Assembly: GCA_045593555.1 (NCBI GenBank)
Contig: JAZNWU010000027.1
Coordinates: forward strand, 8,234-72,233
Direction of reading: 5' to 3'
DNA: 64,000 nucleotides
Source of the DNA: Candidatus Fimenecus sp.
Lineage (GTDB): Bacteria > Bacillota > Clostridia > Oscillospirales > Acutalibacteraceae
In this document: positions 1 through 9,584 of the stretch, piece by piece
How positions within the stretch are numbered: the first letter of the stretch is position 1
How the letters are laid out: each line of letters begins with the position of its first letter
Notes under the pieces: generated by a model
Seen by the model: only the letters and a program-made list of their open reading frames with translations
Database searches by the model: none
Told to the model about the DNA's origin: nothing
Position numbers and translations under genes: made by a program

Positions 1-1158
1 CCTTGGGTATTTGAACCAGGTGAAAAGTTCTTATATATCAATGAAAACATCTTTATGCTATCTGCAATTATCCAAAGAGTTACCGGTATGAGTATGAGAG
101 AATATCTTACACCTCGTCTTTTCGAGCCACTTGGAATTGACTTCCCCTTCTGGGAAACTGACCGAAATGGTATTGAAGCAGGTGGTTGGGGACTTTACCT
201 TAAAACTGAAGATATTGCAAAGCTCACTCTTTGTTATTTGCAGAAAGGTATGTACAATGGTGTTCAGGTAATTCCTGAAAACTGGACTATTGAGGCAACT
301 AAAAAGCAAATTGATAATAATTATAATCGTCCTGGAACAGATTCTTCATATGGATATGGATATTGTTTCTGGAAAAACAGTATTGATGAAAGTTCATTCC
401 GTGCAGATGGTATGTTCTCACAGTTTGGTATTGGTATTCCTGAATATGATGCTGCGGTAATTGTAACATCAGCAGTTACAGACGAAACAGGCTGTCTTGA
501 CTATCTTTTCAAGTACTTCCCAAGAGCATTTGAAGAAGCAGATGAAGAAGAACAAAAAATTGAAAACACAGCTGTCGAGCCTTTGTTCACAAGTGACAGA
601 CCACCAATGGAAAACATCATTCGTGACAGATACATCAAATTCAGAAAAAAACTCCTTCTTAACTTAACAGGATTCCAGGTCAGCGTATTACCAATGGCAG
701 TTACATATATGCTCACTGACAAGCCGGGAAATATCGATATGGTCAAATTTGATTTTGACGAGAAAGAATGTCGGATGAAATGGTCTGAAGGTCTTGAAAC
801 CAATACTATCATTCTCGGTCTTGACGGTCATTATCGTTATTCAAAAATCACTTTAGGCAATATAGATTTTACCGTCTGTGCAAATGCTTTCTGGCTTGAT
901 AATGAAAGTCTTCTTGTGACAATCCGTCCTATCCAGACAGTTGCAAAACGAAATCTTATTTTTGAATTCCACCCCAAAGATAAAGTTGTTATGATTCCGT
1001 CGAGTTCACCATCCGGTGCAGAAATTTTAAATAACCTCGGTGGATTCTTCGAGCAAATGATACCAAATAAAACTATATTAAGTCTTTTCAATAAATTTAT
1101 GTCTTTTGCTCCAAAACTTATGGAACCTAAACATTACGGTAAATTCATAGAGAAATAA
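1..1158 (+). CDS. Serine hydrolase, beta-lactamase/esterase fold (C-terminal ~385 aa; 5' end off-window)
   Basis: Frame 1 is open from nt 1 (PWVFEPGEKFLYINENIFML...) and continues into tracked ORF 55..1158. PGxxFxYxN-type and GGWGL motifs are typical of class-C beta-lactamase-fold esterases. A hairpin terminator follows the stop. Confidence 0.75.
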   Translation, partial: PWVFEPGEKFLYINENIFMLSAIIQRVTGMSMREYLTPRLFEPLGIDFPFWETDRNGIEAGGWGLYLKTEDIAKLTLCYLQKGMYNGVQVIPENWTIEATKKQIDNNYNRPGTDSSYGYGYCFWKNSIDESSFRADGMFSQFGIGIPEYDAAVIVTSAVTDETGCLDYLFKYFPRAFEEADEEEQKIENTAVEPLFTSDRPPMENIIRDRYIKFRKKLLLNLTGFQVSVLPMAVTYMLTDKPGNIDMVKFDFDEKECRMKWSEGLETNTIILGLDGHYRYSKITLGNIDFTVCANAFWLDNESLLVTIRPIQTVAKRNLIFEFHPKDKVVMIPSSSPSGAEILNNLGGFFEQMIPNKTILSLFNKFMSFAPKLMEPKHYGKFIEK

Positions 1159-1170
1159 ACAAAAAATTAA

Positions 1171-1198
1171 CTCCACTTAGTTTTAAGTGGAGTTTTCT
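1171..1198. terminator. Bidirectional intrinsic terminator between convergent genes
   Basis: Perfect 9-bp stem CTCCACTTA/TAAGTGGAG with a 4-nt loop, A-run upstream and T-run downstream. Lies between stops at 1158 (+) and 1203 (-). Confidence 0.7.
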
Positions 1199-1202
1199 TG
1201 TA

Positions 1203-1793
1203 TCATTTGAAGAATTCTTTTTCAACTTTAGCACAAAGATAATGGTATATGGGCAAATGATATTCCTGTATTCTGTATGTTTCATCAGATGGGACACAAA
1301 TTGCTACTGTTGCAATGTCTTTAATTTTTCCACCATTACATCCCGTCAGTGCCAATGTTTTTACACCTATACAGTTTGCAACTTCAACTGCTTTAAGCAC
1401 ATTTTTTGAATTACCCGATGTTGTAATCGCAATCAACAAGTCGCTTTCTTTTCCGTATCCGTAGACTTGCTGTGCAAATATATAATCAGGGTCAAGGTCA
1501 TTGTTAAATGCTGTCATCAACGCTGTCTGACTACAAAGGGATATTGCAGGTAAAGCACCTTGAAGATTTTCTTTCAATTCCGCAGTAAGTCTATCGTCGA
1601 TTACTTCTCTTTCAGAGAGAAATCCTTTCATAAGTTCACCGACAATATGCTCACTATCGGCAGCACTTCCACCATTTCCGCAAACAAGAATTTTTCCGCT
1701 ATTTTTATATGTTTCAATAATTAAATTTAAGGCTTTATCAATGTCGTTTTCACAACATTTAAGTTCAGGATATCTTTCAAAAATATTATCCAT
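1203..1793 (-). CDS. SIS-domain sugar-phosphate isomerase (GmhA/DiaA-like phosphoheptose isomerase family)
   Basis: 196 aa. CGNGGSAADSEH and TTSGNS motifs are typical of GmhA-type SIS proteins. The start overlaps the upstream stop (TAATG). Confidence 0.75.
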   Translation of the reverse strand: MDNIFERYPELKCCENDIDKALNLIIETYKNSGKILVCGNGGSAADSEHIVGELMKGFLSEREVIDDRLTAELKENLQGALPAISLCSQTALMTAFNNDLDPDYIFAQQVYGYGKESDLLIAITTSGNSKNVLKAVEVANCIGVKTLALTGCNGGKIKDIATVAICVPSDETYRIQEYHLPIYHYLCAKVEKEFFK

Positions 1794-2755
1794 TATTCTA
1801 CCTCGTTAAACAGTTCGTAGAACTCTTCACTTGTAAAGTCCTCTACAATTGCATTTGTTCCCAATTTTTTATGTAATTCTCGTTGATATTTTGCACTTTC
1901 GGGTAATCGGCTTATTACAACAGCACCCAACTCAACACCTGCCTGAATTTCTGCTCTGCCATCACCGATTACAAGAACATTTTCACCTGAAACATTCAAT
2001 TCTTTAATCAAATCTTTCATAACAGCATCTTTCGGTTTCTTTTCAGTCCAGGTCGAGCCGATAATATCTTCTATCAACTCACCTTTTCCGATAGAATAAC
2101 CAAGTGTTTCAACTTCCTCGTGCATACCCATACCTTTTTCCACAACTGCACCTGTGACAAAATAGTTTTTCACACCATTTTTGTGTAAAAATCCGAGAAA
2201 ATCATAAGAGCCTTTTACACGGAATTTTTCGGGATTTTCCTTTGCAAGAGCAAGATTTTTATCTCTGCAATATCCATTCAAAACTGCCTCATAAAGTTTA
2301 AACAGTCGTGGTGTCTGTGTTTTAAGCATTTCGTCCATCTCAACAGTTTCAGGCAAATTATCATAATATTCTTCGCCATTGTTGATTCGTTCAATTATCT
2401 GTGCGTTTGTTTCGTGATTACAAGAAACTATAATTTTCCTTTCCTGAACACTTCTGCGGATAGCCCATTCCATTTGTGTAAGTGCAGAAAGACCCGCAGA
2501 CTCAACACAAAAAGCATCCGTTTCCGGCAAATGTTTTGTTCCTGCAAGAGAAATCAGCCTTTTCACATTTTTTTCGCTGTCAAAATCTTCAGGCAAACCA
2601 TTTTCAATAACATCATAAAGACAGATACTCATAACAGGAGGCCACTCACGGATAAGAGAGTGTGTCCCGTCAATATCATGAAATGCATATTGAATTTTTC
2701 TGTCTTCAAAATCGTTTATAACAATGTTCGATTTTGTGTTATGAATTAAAATCAT
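1793..2755 (-). CDS. HAD-superfamily hydrolase-like protein with large cap region
   Basis: 320 aa. HDIDGT (DxDxT motif I) near the N-terminus and VIGDGRAE near the C-terminus. Substrate not assignable. Lies 4 nt downstream of the lipase-fusion gene. Confidence 0.5.
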   Translation of the reverse strand: MILIHNTKSNIVINDFEDRKIQYAFHDIDGTHSLIREWPPVMSICLYDVIENGLPEDFDSEKNVKRLISLAGTKHLPETDAFCVESAGLSALTQMEWAIRRSVQERKIIVSCNHETNAQIIERINNGEEYYDNLPETVEMDEMLKTQTPRLFKLYEAVLNGYCRDKNLALAKENPEKFRVKGSYDFLGFLHKNGVKNYFVTGAVVEKGMGMHEEVETLGYSIGKGELIEDIIGSTWTEKKPKDAVMKDLIKELNVSGENVLVIGDGRAEIQAGVELGAVVISRLPESAKYQRELHKKLGTNAIVEDFTSEEFYELFNEVE

Positions 2756-2759
2756 ACAT

Positions 2760-4307
2760 TTATCTTATCCTTGGTAAACTGTCAATCAAAGTGATATGGT
2801 CAGTATAGAAATTGCGTGTTTCGTTAGTTTTTCCGTTCATACCGATAACAGCACCATGGTCACCCTCAATTGTCGGGAAAACATACCATTGACCACGCCC
2901 TACTTCTTCTATCTGTTCATTGTATTCTATATATTCTTCATCTGCAGGACATTGTGCTGAAACAACATTCACAAGTCCATCATTAGGAAGCCATGTATCA
3001 TCAATTTTTGCATCTGTATATCTTCCTATCAATGTTGCCAAAGGCATAAGCACAACCATTGTTGAAGAAATTGGAATCTGATGATTGGATAACGGAGATT
3101 TCTGTGTTGTATTGTAAGCAAATGAGAAATAGTATACACTTTCAACTGTTTTAATTGTCTTATTAAGTTCTTCTGCACCATCAGGTGATAAATCGTAAAA
3201 GGCATTATCCTTGCCTTGGCTGAAATCGCCATTTACAAGTGAAATTGTGTCGTCTGTACCTGACTTGATACCAAAATGCTCAAGTTGAAAATCTATAAGA
3301 CTGCTGTTATACATATCACCTATTCCACCTGTTGCAAAAAGCACATTCAATGCAGTTTCTACAAGGTTTCCGTGGTCAACAACATAAAACAAAGTCGAAC
3401 CATTATGAGGTGCACAAAGAGTTGTAACGCTATTTACATATTCACCTTTACCACCTGTGAAAAATGGTGAACAATCATCAGGACTTGCCTTCATCTCTGC
3501 TTCGCTACCATATTCGAGAACGCTTGTAAAAAGTGTGACAGTATTACCACCGAAAGAGTGGCCAATAAGATTGATTTTTCTTTTCTGACCACCATCGGTT
3601 TCTGTTCCCCAGTTTTCCACAAGCTGATTTGTATATGTTCTTCCATATCGTTCATGTCCATGAGCCTTGCTGTGTGCCTCACCATAGTCAACAGTTGTAC
3701 CCATAAGCTGTGCGTAAAGCTCACAAGCTCTGTCCCAGGCACTCGAGAATGGCCCTACTGTTGCTTCTTCAACAAAATAACCTTGTGAACGAAGATATCC
3801 TGATATACTGCCTGTACTTGAACCCCAATATGGTGTTACGTTGTTCATACCGGCGCTTTCGCCCCAGCCACCCATACCGTGAACGAGCACATAAGTATAG
3901 TCAACGGGTTCTTCCGTAAGCCTTGCCCACAGCTTTTTATAGCCACCAAAAGGTAACGGCAAAACTGCTGCAATTATAAGACAGATTACTAAAATCACAG
4001 CAATAGTTTTTTTCGCACTGAACTTATCGTTTTTCATAACATTAGCCTCACTTTCTGTAGTTAAAGGCTTGGTGTATGTGACTTTCCCTGTATCGGCTCC
4101 AAACTCGTTGTTCTGACCTGTAAGAAGAAAATCTGTTGTTACACCTAAAATTTTACTCATTGCAATTGCATTTTCAGTATCAGGCATAACTGTGCCTGTT
4201 TCCCATTTTGAAACAGATTGACGAGAAACTCCAAGTTGCTCTGCAAGTTCTTCCTGAGAAAGACCCTTTGCTTTTCGCAATTCAAAAATTCTTTCACCGA
4301 TGTTCAT
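2760..4307 (-). CDS. Fusion protein: XRE-type HTH domain, single TM segment, staphylococcal-type lipase/esterase domain
   Basis: 515 aa. N-terminus IFELRKAKGLSQEELAEQLGVSRQSVSKWETG is a Cro/XRE HTH. Hydrophobic span TIAVILVICLIIAAVLPLPF. The C-terminal ~390 aa carries VLVHGMGGWGE, SSAWDRACELYAQL and the nucleophile elbow GHSFGG. Confidence 0.75.
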   Translation of the reverse strand: MNIGERIFELRKAKGLSQEELAEQLGVSRQSVSKWETGTVMPDTENAIAMSKILGVTTDFLLTGQNNEFGADTGKVTYTKPLTTESEANVMKNDKFSAKKTIAVILVICLIIAAVLPLPFGGYKKLWARLTEEPVDYTYVLVHGMGGWGESAGMNNVTPYWGSSTGSISGYLRSQGYFVEEATVGPFSSAWDRACELYAQLMGTTVDYGEAHSKAHGHERYGRTYTNQLVENWGTETDGGQKRKINLIGHSFGGNTVTLFTSVLEYGSEAEMKASPDDCSPFFTGGKGEYVNSVTTLCAPHNGSTLFYVVDHGNLVETALNVLFATGGIGDMYNSSLIDFQLEHFGIKSGTDDTISLVNGDFSQGKDNAFYDLSPDGAEELNKTIKTVESVYYFSFAYNTTQKSPLSNHQIPISSTMVVLMPLATLIGRYTDAKIDDTWLPNDGLVNVVSAQCPADEEYIEYNEQIEEVGRGQWYVFPTIEGDHGAVIGMNGKTNETRNFYTDHITLIDSLPRIR

Positions 4308-4420
4308 TCTTACACCTCACATTTAACTGTAACTATATTTTATAGAAACAGCTTTGTTTTTTCTACCAACTTTAGTTTGAATTTTGATTTTTGTGATAAA
4401 TTACTTATGTAAACTCAAGT

Positions 4421-4909
4421 TTACTTCTTTGGAAAAGGTCTTTTTTTCGCAGTAAATTCAAGAGTCTCAATCTTTATAATACTTACAACAGTTGTAAGCT
4501 TATCTTCAAATGTGAAATCCTTACCTGTCTGTGTTTTCATAAGAATCGAAAGTGCCTGCTTTTTCTCCTCAACATCTTCCACAAGAGTCGCAACACCTCT
4601 ACCCATAATTGAAGCATAAGTGATACCATATCTGCAGGCAACATCACCTTCAAAAGGTGTAATATCACAACACATTTCATAGAAAACCTTTGGGTTTGCT
4701 TTTATTGCATCTATTTTTCTGCCTCGTCTTGCACCGTGAAGATAAATAACCGGTTTCCCATCCTCAAGAATATAACCATAATTCATAGGCACAACATAAG
4801 GCTCATCACCATCTATCATACCAACATGAATTACTTTTGATTTGTCGAGAATTTCTATAATCTCATTAATATCTGTAACCTGTTGTTCTCTACGAGTCAT
4901 TCCGTTCAT
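4421..4909 (-). CDS. Pyridoxamine 5'-phosphate oxidase-family (NimA-like) flavin-binding protein
   Basis: 162 aa. The layout RREQQV..., PYVVPMNYGY, YLHGARRGRK is typical of Pyridox_ox_2 split-barrel proteins. Confidence 0.7.
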   Translation of the reverse strand: MNGMTRREQQVTDINEIIEILDKSKVIHVGMIDGDEPYVVPMNYGYILEDGKPVIYLHGARRGRKIDAIKANPKVFYEMCCDITPFEGDVACRYGITYASIMGRGVATLVEDVEEKKQALSILMKTQTGKDFTFEDKLTTVVSIIKIETLEFTAKKRPFPKK

Positions 4910-4922
4910 CGTTACACCTCAT

Positions 4923-6350
4923 TTATATAACACTAAATAACAATTTAAAATAGCTGACTATCATTTTGAATATTTCTGTAACAAATGTATTTACATGCTG
5001 TTCTGCTGTTTCCTGATTTCTGTCTGTTGGTAATTCAACATAGTTGTCATTAGCAGGCTCTCTTTCTGTCTTTTTGATTGCATATGAGTCAATAAGAGTC
5101 TTTTCCTGTGTTTCGTCATTAACCATATATGCCTTGTATACAAAATGCTCACTATCAAGGCTTACTGTTGCAAAAACACCGCCCTCTTTTGTATCTCTTG
5201 CAAGTGCAGCACTTTCGAGAATCGGTGGCATTGCCTCTTCGTTTACACTATAACGCTTTGTACCTGCAGTTGATGGTAAAATGTGAGTTGTACCGTCAGG
5301 ATTTAAAGCAAATGTTGTTGACTCACCATTCCATACCTCTGTTATTGTCTGTGTTTCCTGAACTTTTTCACCCTTTACAGTTTCAGTTCTGAAATACATA
5401 TGGTCGTGACCTGCAAATACAACATCAATTCCAAGCTCGTCAATAACAGGTAAAAGAAGATTTCTCATAATAACAGTATCAGGTTTATTGATATTCTTAC
5501 CTGCTGAATAAAGCGCTCTATGTGTAAGCACAATTTTCCATTGTGCATCAGAAGAGTTCATATCATTTTTAAGCCAGTTAATCTGTGATGCAGACATTGG
5601 ATACATATCATTTGAATTAAGCACAGCAAAATGTGCATCACCCCAGTCAAATGAGTAATAACAACCTGTAATAACTGAACTGCCCTCTGCTTCGCCGATG
5701 TTAAACATATTATTAAACTTAAACCATTGTAAGTTGCCCTCGTGATTACCTGCAACAGGAATAAGTGTTGTATTCATATTTGAAAAAGCAAAATTTCTGA
5801 AATAACTATCCCATTCTTCATTAGTACAGTCATTCACAAAGTCACCTAAATTTACTGCAAATTCATATTCAGGCATTGTTTCAACTGCTTTTTGCATTAC
5901 GACTGATGCTTTTTGGAAATTCTCTTCATTGCTTGCCTGAACATCAGCGATTACAATGAAATTCGCCTCATCATCTGTCTTACTTGGTGTTGTAAAATAA
6001 CCAATTTCACTCCATACATCTGCTTCGCTGTCACCAACACGATACTGATATCGTGTATCAGGTGTAAGATTGTCAGCCTCTGCTTTATGTACATATTTTT
6101 TCATTGAAGGATAACTGATACCACCGATAACTTCAGCCTTTGTCAAATCAGCACCAACTGGAGCAACCTGCAAATCTGTTCCTGCTTTTTCATCTGTGTA
6201 CCAGCAAAAGCCTCTTGCAGTTGCAGAATCACCGTTGATTGTTACGCTAACTCTTGTAACTTCATTTCCAACAACTGCTGTTGCAACCAATGGAAATGAC
6301 ATACAGATAACAAGAATAAGTGAAATAACTTTTACCATGCTTTTTTTCAT
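4923..6350 (-). CDS. Secreted metallophosphoesterase with purple-acid-phosphatase-like N-domain
   Basis: 475 aa. Signal peptide KVISLILVICMSFPLVATAV. Metallophosphoesterase motifs GDFVND, GNHE, GHDHMY. Confidence 0.8.
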   Translation of the reverse strand: MKKSMVKVISLILVICMSFPLVATAVVGNEVTRVSVTINGDSATARGFCWYTDEKAGTDLQVAPVGADLTKAEVIGGISYPSMKKYVHKAEADNLTPDTRYQYRVGDSEADVWSEIGYFTTPSKTDDEANFIVIADVQASNEENFQKASVVMQKAVETMPEYEFAVNLGDFVNDCTNEEWDSYFRNFAFSNMNTTLIPVAGNHEGNLQWFKFNNMFNIGEAEGSSVITGCYYSFDWGDAHFAVLNSNDMYPMSASQINWLKNDMNSSDAQWKIVLTHRALYSAGKNINKPDTVIMRNLLLPVIDELGIDVVFAGHDHMYFRTETVKGEKVQETQTITEVWNGESTTFALNPDGTTHILPSTAGTKRYSVNEEAMPPILESAALARDTKEGGVFATVSLDSEHFVYKAYMVNDETQEKTLIDSYAIKKTEREPANDNYVELPTDRNQETAEQHVNTFVTEIFKMIVSYFKLLFSVI

Positions 6351-6384
6351 AACAATCCGTCCTTTGTTAATAATTTTTATATTC

Positions 6385-7734
6385 CTAATTTTTTTGAACG
6401 ATTAGTGCAACAGATTCTGTATGTGCTGTTTTTGGGAACATATCTACAGGAGTAACTTCAACCGTTTCATATCCCAATTCCTTTAATATTGCACAGTCAC
6501 GAGCCTGAGTTGACACATCACAAGAAACATAGACAATTCTCTTTGGATTCATTTCTGCAACACATTCTAAAACTTCCTTGTCACAGCCTTTTCGAGGTGG
6601 GTCAAGGATAACTGCATCAGGTGTTATCTGTTTATCCCTTAACATTTTAACTGCATCTTTTGCATCACCACAATAGAATTCACAGTTTTCAATGTTGTTT
6701 CGTTTTGCATTTTCTTTAGCATCTTCAATAGCCTCGGGAATAATCTCAACACCGATTACCTTTTTCACATTTTTCGCCATTGAAAGACCGATTGTTCCTG
6801 CACCACAGTAAAGGTCGAGTATTGTTTCGTCACCACTTAACCCCACATACTCAAGGGCTTTTCCGTACAGCAATTCAGCACAATCATGATTAACCTGATA
6901 AAATGACAATGGTGAAAGTCTGATTTTTACACCACAAAGAACATCTTCGATATAATCTTCGCCCCAAAGGGTTGTACAGCTTTTACCGAGAATTACATTT
7001 GTCTTTTCTGTATTTTCGTTTATGACAATACTCTTGATTTCTTTAAATCGCATTAAATCGTCGCAAAGTTCATCTGCATAAGGTAAAATGTTTCCGTTTA
7101 TAACAAGACAAACCATTATCTGACCTGTTTTAAATGCTTTTCTTATGTAGATGTGACGGACAAGTCCCGTATGATTTATTGAGTCATAATGAGGGACACC
7201 AAATTCCTGCATCCAAGCTTTTATTACATCAACTATTTCTGCAAATTCTTTCGGTTGTAATGCACAATCGGAAAAATTTATTATTCTATGACTCTTCTGA
7301 GCATAAAAGCCTGCCACAATCCCCTTGTCGAACCCAACAGGATATTGTGCCTTGTTTCTGTATCTTTCCGTTTCACAAGTAATTATATCTTTTACAGGCA
7401 CATCAATATGAGCTAAACGCTGAAAGGCATCAACAGCCTTTTGTCGTTTAAGCTCTTTTTCTGCTTCATAGGATATATGACGGAATACACAACCGCCACA
7501 AGAACGAAAATGAGGACAATCCACATCTATTCTGTCCTTTGACGGCTTGATAATTTTCTTGATTATACCGATAGCATAAGTCTTTTTTGCCTTGATAATA
7601 TGGGCAATTATTGTGTCACCCTTTGCAGCACCTGATACGAAAACTGCCTGACCATTATAGTGACCGACACCATTTCCTTCAGCAGTATAGCCCTCAATAT
7701 TCAGTTGTATATCTTGGTTTTTCTGTAAAGACAT
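6385..7734 (-). CDS. rlmD: 23S rRNA (uracil-C5)-methyltransferase, RumA/RlmD family
   Basis: 449 aa. N-terminal TRAM-like region, Cys cluster CPHFRSCGGCVFRH, SAM motif DLYCGAGTIG, PPRKG motif. Confidence 0.85.
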   Translation of the reverse strand: MSLQKNQDIQLNIEGYTAEGNGVGHYNGQAVFVSGAAKGDTIIAHIIKAKKTYAIGIIKKIIKPSKDRIDVDCPHFRSCGGCVFRHISYEAEKELKRQKAVDAFQRLAHIDVPVKDIITCETERYRNKAQYPVGFDKGIVAGFYAQKSHRIINFSDCALQPKEFAEIVDVIKAWMQEFGVPHYDSINHTGLVRHIYIRKAFKTGQIMVCLVINGNILPYADELCDDLMRFKEIKSIVINENTEKTNVILGKSCTTLWGEDYIEDVLCGVKIRLSPLSFYQVNHDCAELLYGKALEYVGLSGDETILDLYCGAGTIGLSMAKNVKKVIGVEIIPEAIEDAKENAKRNNIENCEFYCGDAKDAVKMLRDKQITPDAVILDPPRKGCDKEVLECVAEMNPKRIVYVSCDVSTQARDCAILKELGYETVEVTPVDMFPKTAHTESVALIVQKN

Positions 7735-7743
7735 ACTTTCACC

Positions 7744-8316
7744 TTATAATTTAAGAATACTTCCCGCAGTTGCACCGAGTAAAAGCCAGAATGCAGGATG
7801 TAATTTTTTAAGCTTCTTTATAAACATAAGTGCAAAAAGTGCAACTGCAATTATAATTACAGGAATTGCAAATTCACCGTTCACATAGAAAATTGGCTTA
7901 ATAATTCCAAAAACCGCAAATAAAACAAGGGCTGTTACCACAGGTCTGATACCTGAAAATGCACCTTTTACATATTTATTTTCTTTAAATACTTTTAAGA
8001 ATCCTGCAACAATTACAATTACAATAATTGATGGTGTTACAAGACCTAATGTGGCAACCATTCCACCAAAGATACCACCAATTGTACCAAATTCAGCAAA
8101 TCCTGCATTGTAACCTGCGTAAGTTGCCATATTAACACCGATAGGTCCCGGTGTGCTTTCTGCAACAGCAACCATAACGCCTAACTGCTCGGGATTAAAC
8201 CATCCATAATCACTTCTTGCCAAATCCTGCAAGAAAGGAATGGTAGCAGGGCCACCACCAACTGCAAAAAGTCCGATTTTAAAAAATTCAAAAAACAAAT
8301 ATAAGAAGGTCATCAT
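7744..8316 (-). CDS. chrA: Chromate-ion-transporter (CHR) family half-size protein
   Basis: 190 aa, polytopic. FAVGGGPATIPFL motif. 4-nt overlap with the paralogous upstream half. Confidence 0.8.
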   Translation of the reverse strand: MMTFLYLFFEFFKIGLFAVGGGPATIPFLQDLARSDYGWFNPEQLGVMVAVAESTPGPIGVNMATYAGYNAGFAEFGTIGGIFGGMVATLGLVTPSIIVIVIVAGFLKVFKENKYVKGAFSGIRPVVTALVLFAVFGIIKPIFYVNGEFAIPVIIIAVALFALMFIKKLKKLHPAFWLLLGATAGSILKL

Positions 8317-8861
8317 TTTGCTTTAACCTCCTTGATTTTACCGTAAACAACACCAACGATTCCGCCGAAAATAACGAGAAGAATCGGTGTTATATCAAAT
8401 ACAAAGCATGCAATAAGTCCAATTATGAATAACACAACTGAAATTACATTCACAAGACTTTTTTTTGCAAGAGTGATTACTGTATGGGACAATAGTGCAC
8501 AGACAACAGCATTGATTCCTGTAAGTGCAGATGCAACAATAGGATAATCCATAAAAGTCTGCAAAACAGTTGCTACAATTGTGATAATGATTATAGATGG
8601 CGTTACCATTCCAAGAGTTGCGAATATTCCACCTAAAACCCCTGCTTGATAGTATCCGACAAATGTTGCTGTATTTACCGCAATAATTCCCGGAGTGCAT
8701 TGTCCCACAGCATAATAGTCAAGCAATTCCTCTTCCGTTGCCCACTTTTTATTTTCAACAATTTCTCTTGTTAGAAGCGGTAACATTGTAAGACCGCCAC
8801 CGAATGTTATTGAACCTATTTTCGCAAAGGTCAAAAACAGGCTTAGTAATTTTTTAACCAT
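8313..8861 (-). CDS. chrA: Chromate-ion-transporter (CHR) family half-size protein
   Basis: 182 aa, polytopic. ITFGGGLTMLPLL motif. Paired with 7744..8316, as is usual for split ChrA. Confidence 0.8.
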   Translation of the reverse strand: MVKKLLSLFLTFAKIGSITFGGGLTMLPLLTREIVENKKWATEEELLDYYAVGQCTPGIIAVNTATFVGYYQAGVLGGIFATLGMVTPSIIIITIVATVLQTFMDYPIVASALTGINAVVCALLSHTVITLAKKSLVNVISVVLFIIGLIACFVFDITPILLVIFGGIVGVVYGKIKEVKAK

Positions 8862-8880
8862 TCTCTAAATCACCTTTTAG

Positions 8881-9489
8881 TTATTTATTGTCTCCACTCC
8901 AGAAAATGAAGTCAGAAACTAAAAAAGCTCTGACAGGAGCAGCCTCTGCACCACTTATTTTTATTGGTGCTGCCGACAAAAAGTAGTCACCTGATTCAAC
9001 ATTACTTAAATCTAGGTTTTCAAGAAGTGTAATATCATTCATCATAAACATCCTGTGAGTTCTGCCGTCACTTTCCTCAGGCTCAACAGTCATTCCGTCT
9101 GTACCAAGAAGAATATAACCAATATCAGCCAGTGCTGATGCAGCAGATTCATGAAAATATGACACTCCGTTACTCTTTACAAGTATTCTTTTTGCATTTC
9201 TCGGAAAATATTCTTCAACAAATGCACCTGTAATTACGGGAGTATCAGTTTCAACAACTACACAAGGACCAAAAAACACCTCGTGAGGAATTTCTGTAAT
9301 GTCACCACCGTCAGGTAAAAAATGCAACGGTGCATCCATATGTGTTCCGTTATGAAGACACATATCTATTTTGCTGAGATTATACTGACAATCACCATCT
9401 ATATTTTTAACTCTCTCAAGACTCGCAACAGGGTCACCAGGATACACAGGACAGCTTAAAACTTCTCTTGAAATATCAATTATCTTCAT
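8881..9489 (-). CDS. Putative cyclase / kynurenine-formamidase-family metallohydrolase
   Basis: 202 aa. HNGTHMDAPLHF matches the HxGTHxDxPxH motif of this family. Confidence 0.75.
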   Translation of the reverse strand: MKIIDISREVLSCPVYPGDPVASLERVKNIDGDCQYNLSKIDMCLHNGTHMDAPLHFLPDGGDITEIPHEVFFGPCVVVETDTPVITGAFVEEYFPRNAKRILVKSNGVSYFHESAASALADIGYILLGTDGMTVEPEESDGRTHRMFMMNDITLLENLDLSNVESGDYFLSAAPIKISGAEAAPVRAFLVSDFIFWSGDNK

Positions 9490-9519
9490 AAATACTCCCC
9501 CATTTTTATTTAATGTAAT

Positions 9520-9548
9520 ATTTTATCATATATTTATTATCAATTCAA
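9520..9548 (-). promoter_or_regulatory. SigmaA-type promoter candidate for the cyclase-chrA-rlmD-phosphoesterase gene string
   Basis: Minus strand reads TTGAAT, 17 nt, TAAAAT, about 30 nt upstream of ATG 9489. Confidence 0.4.
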
Positions 9549-9584
9549 TATTTAGAAAATAAAATATTCCCCACCAAATCGGAG

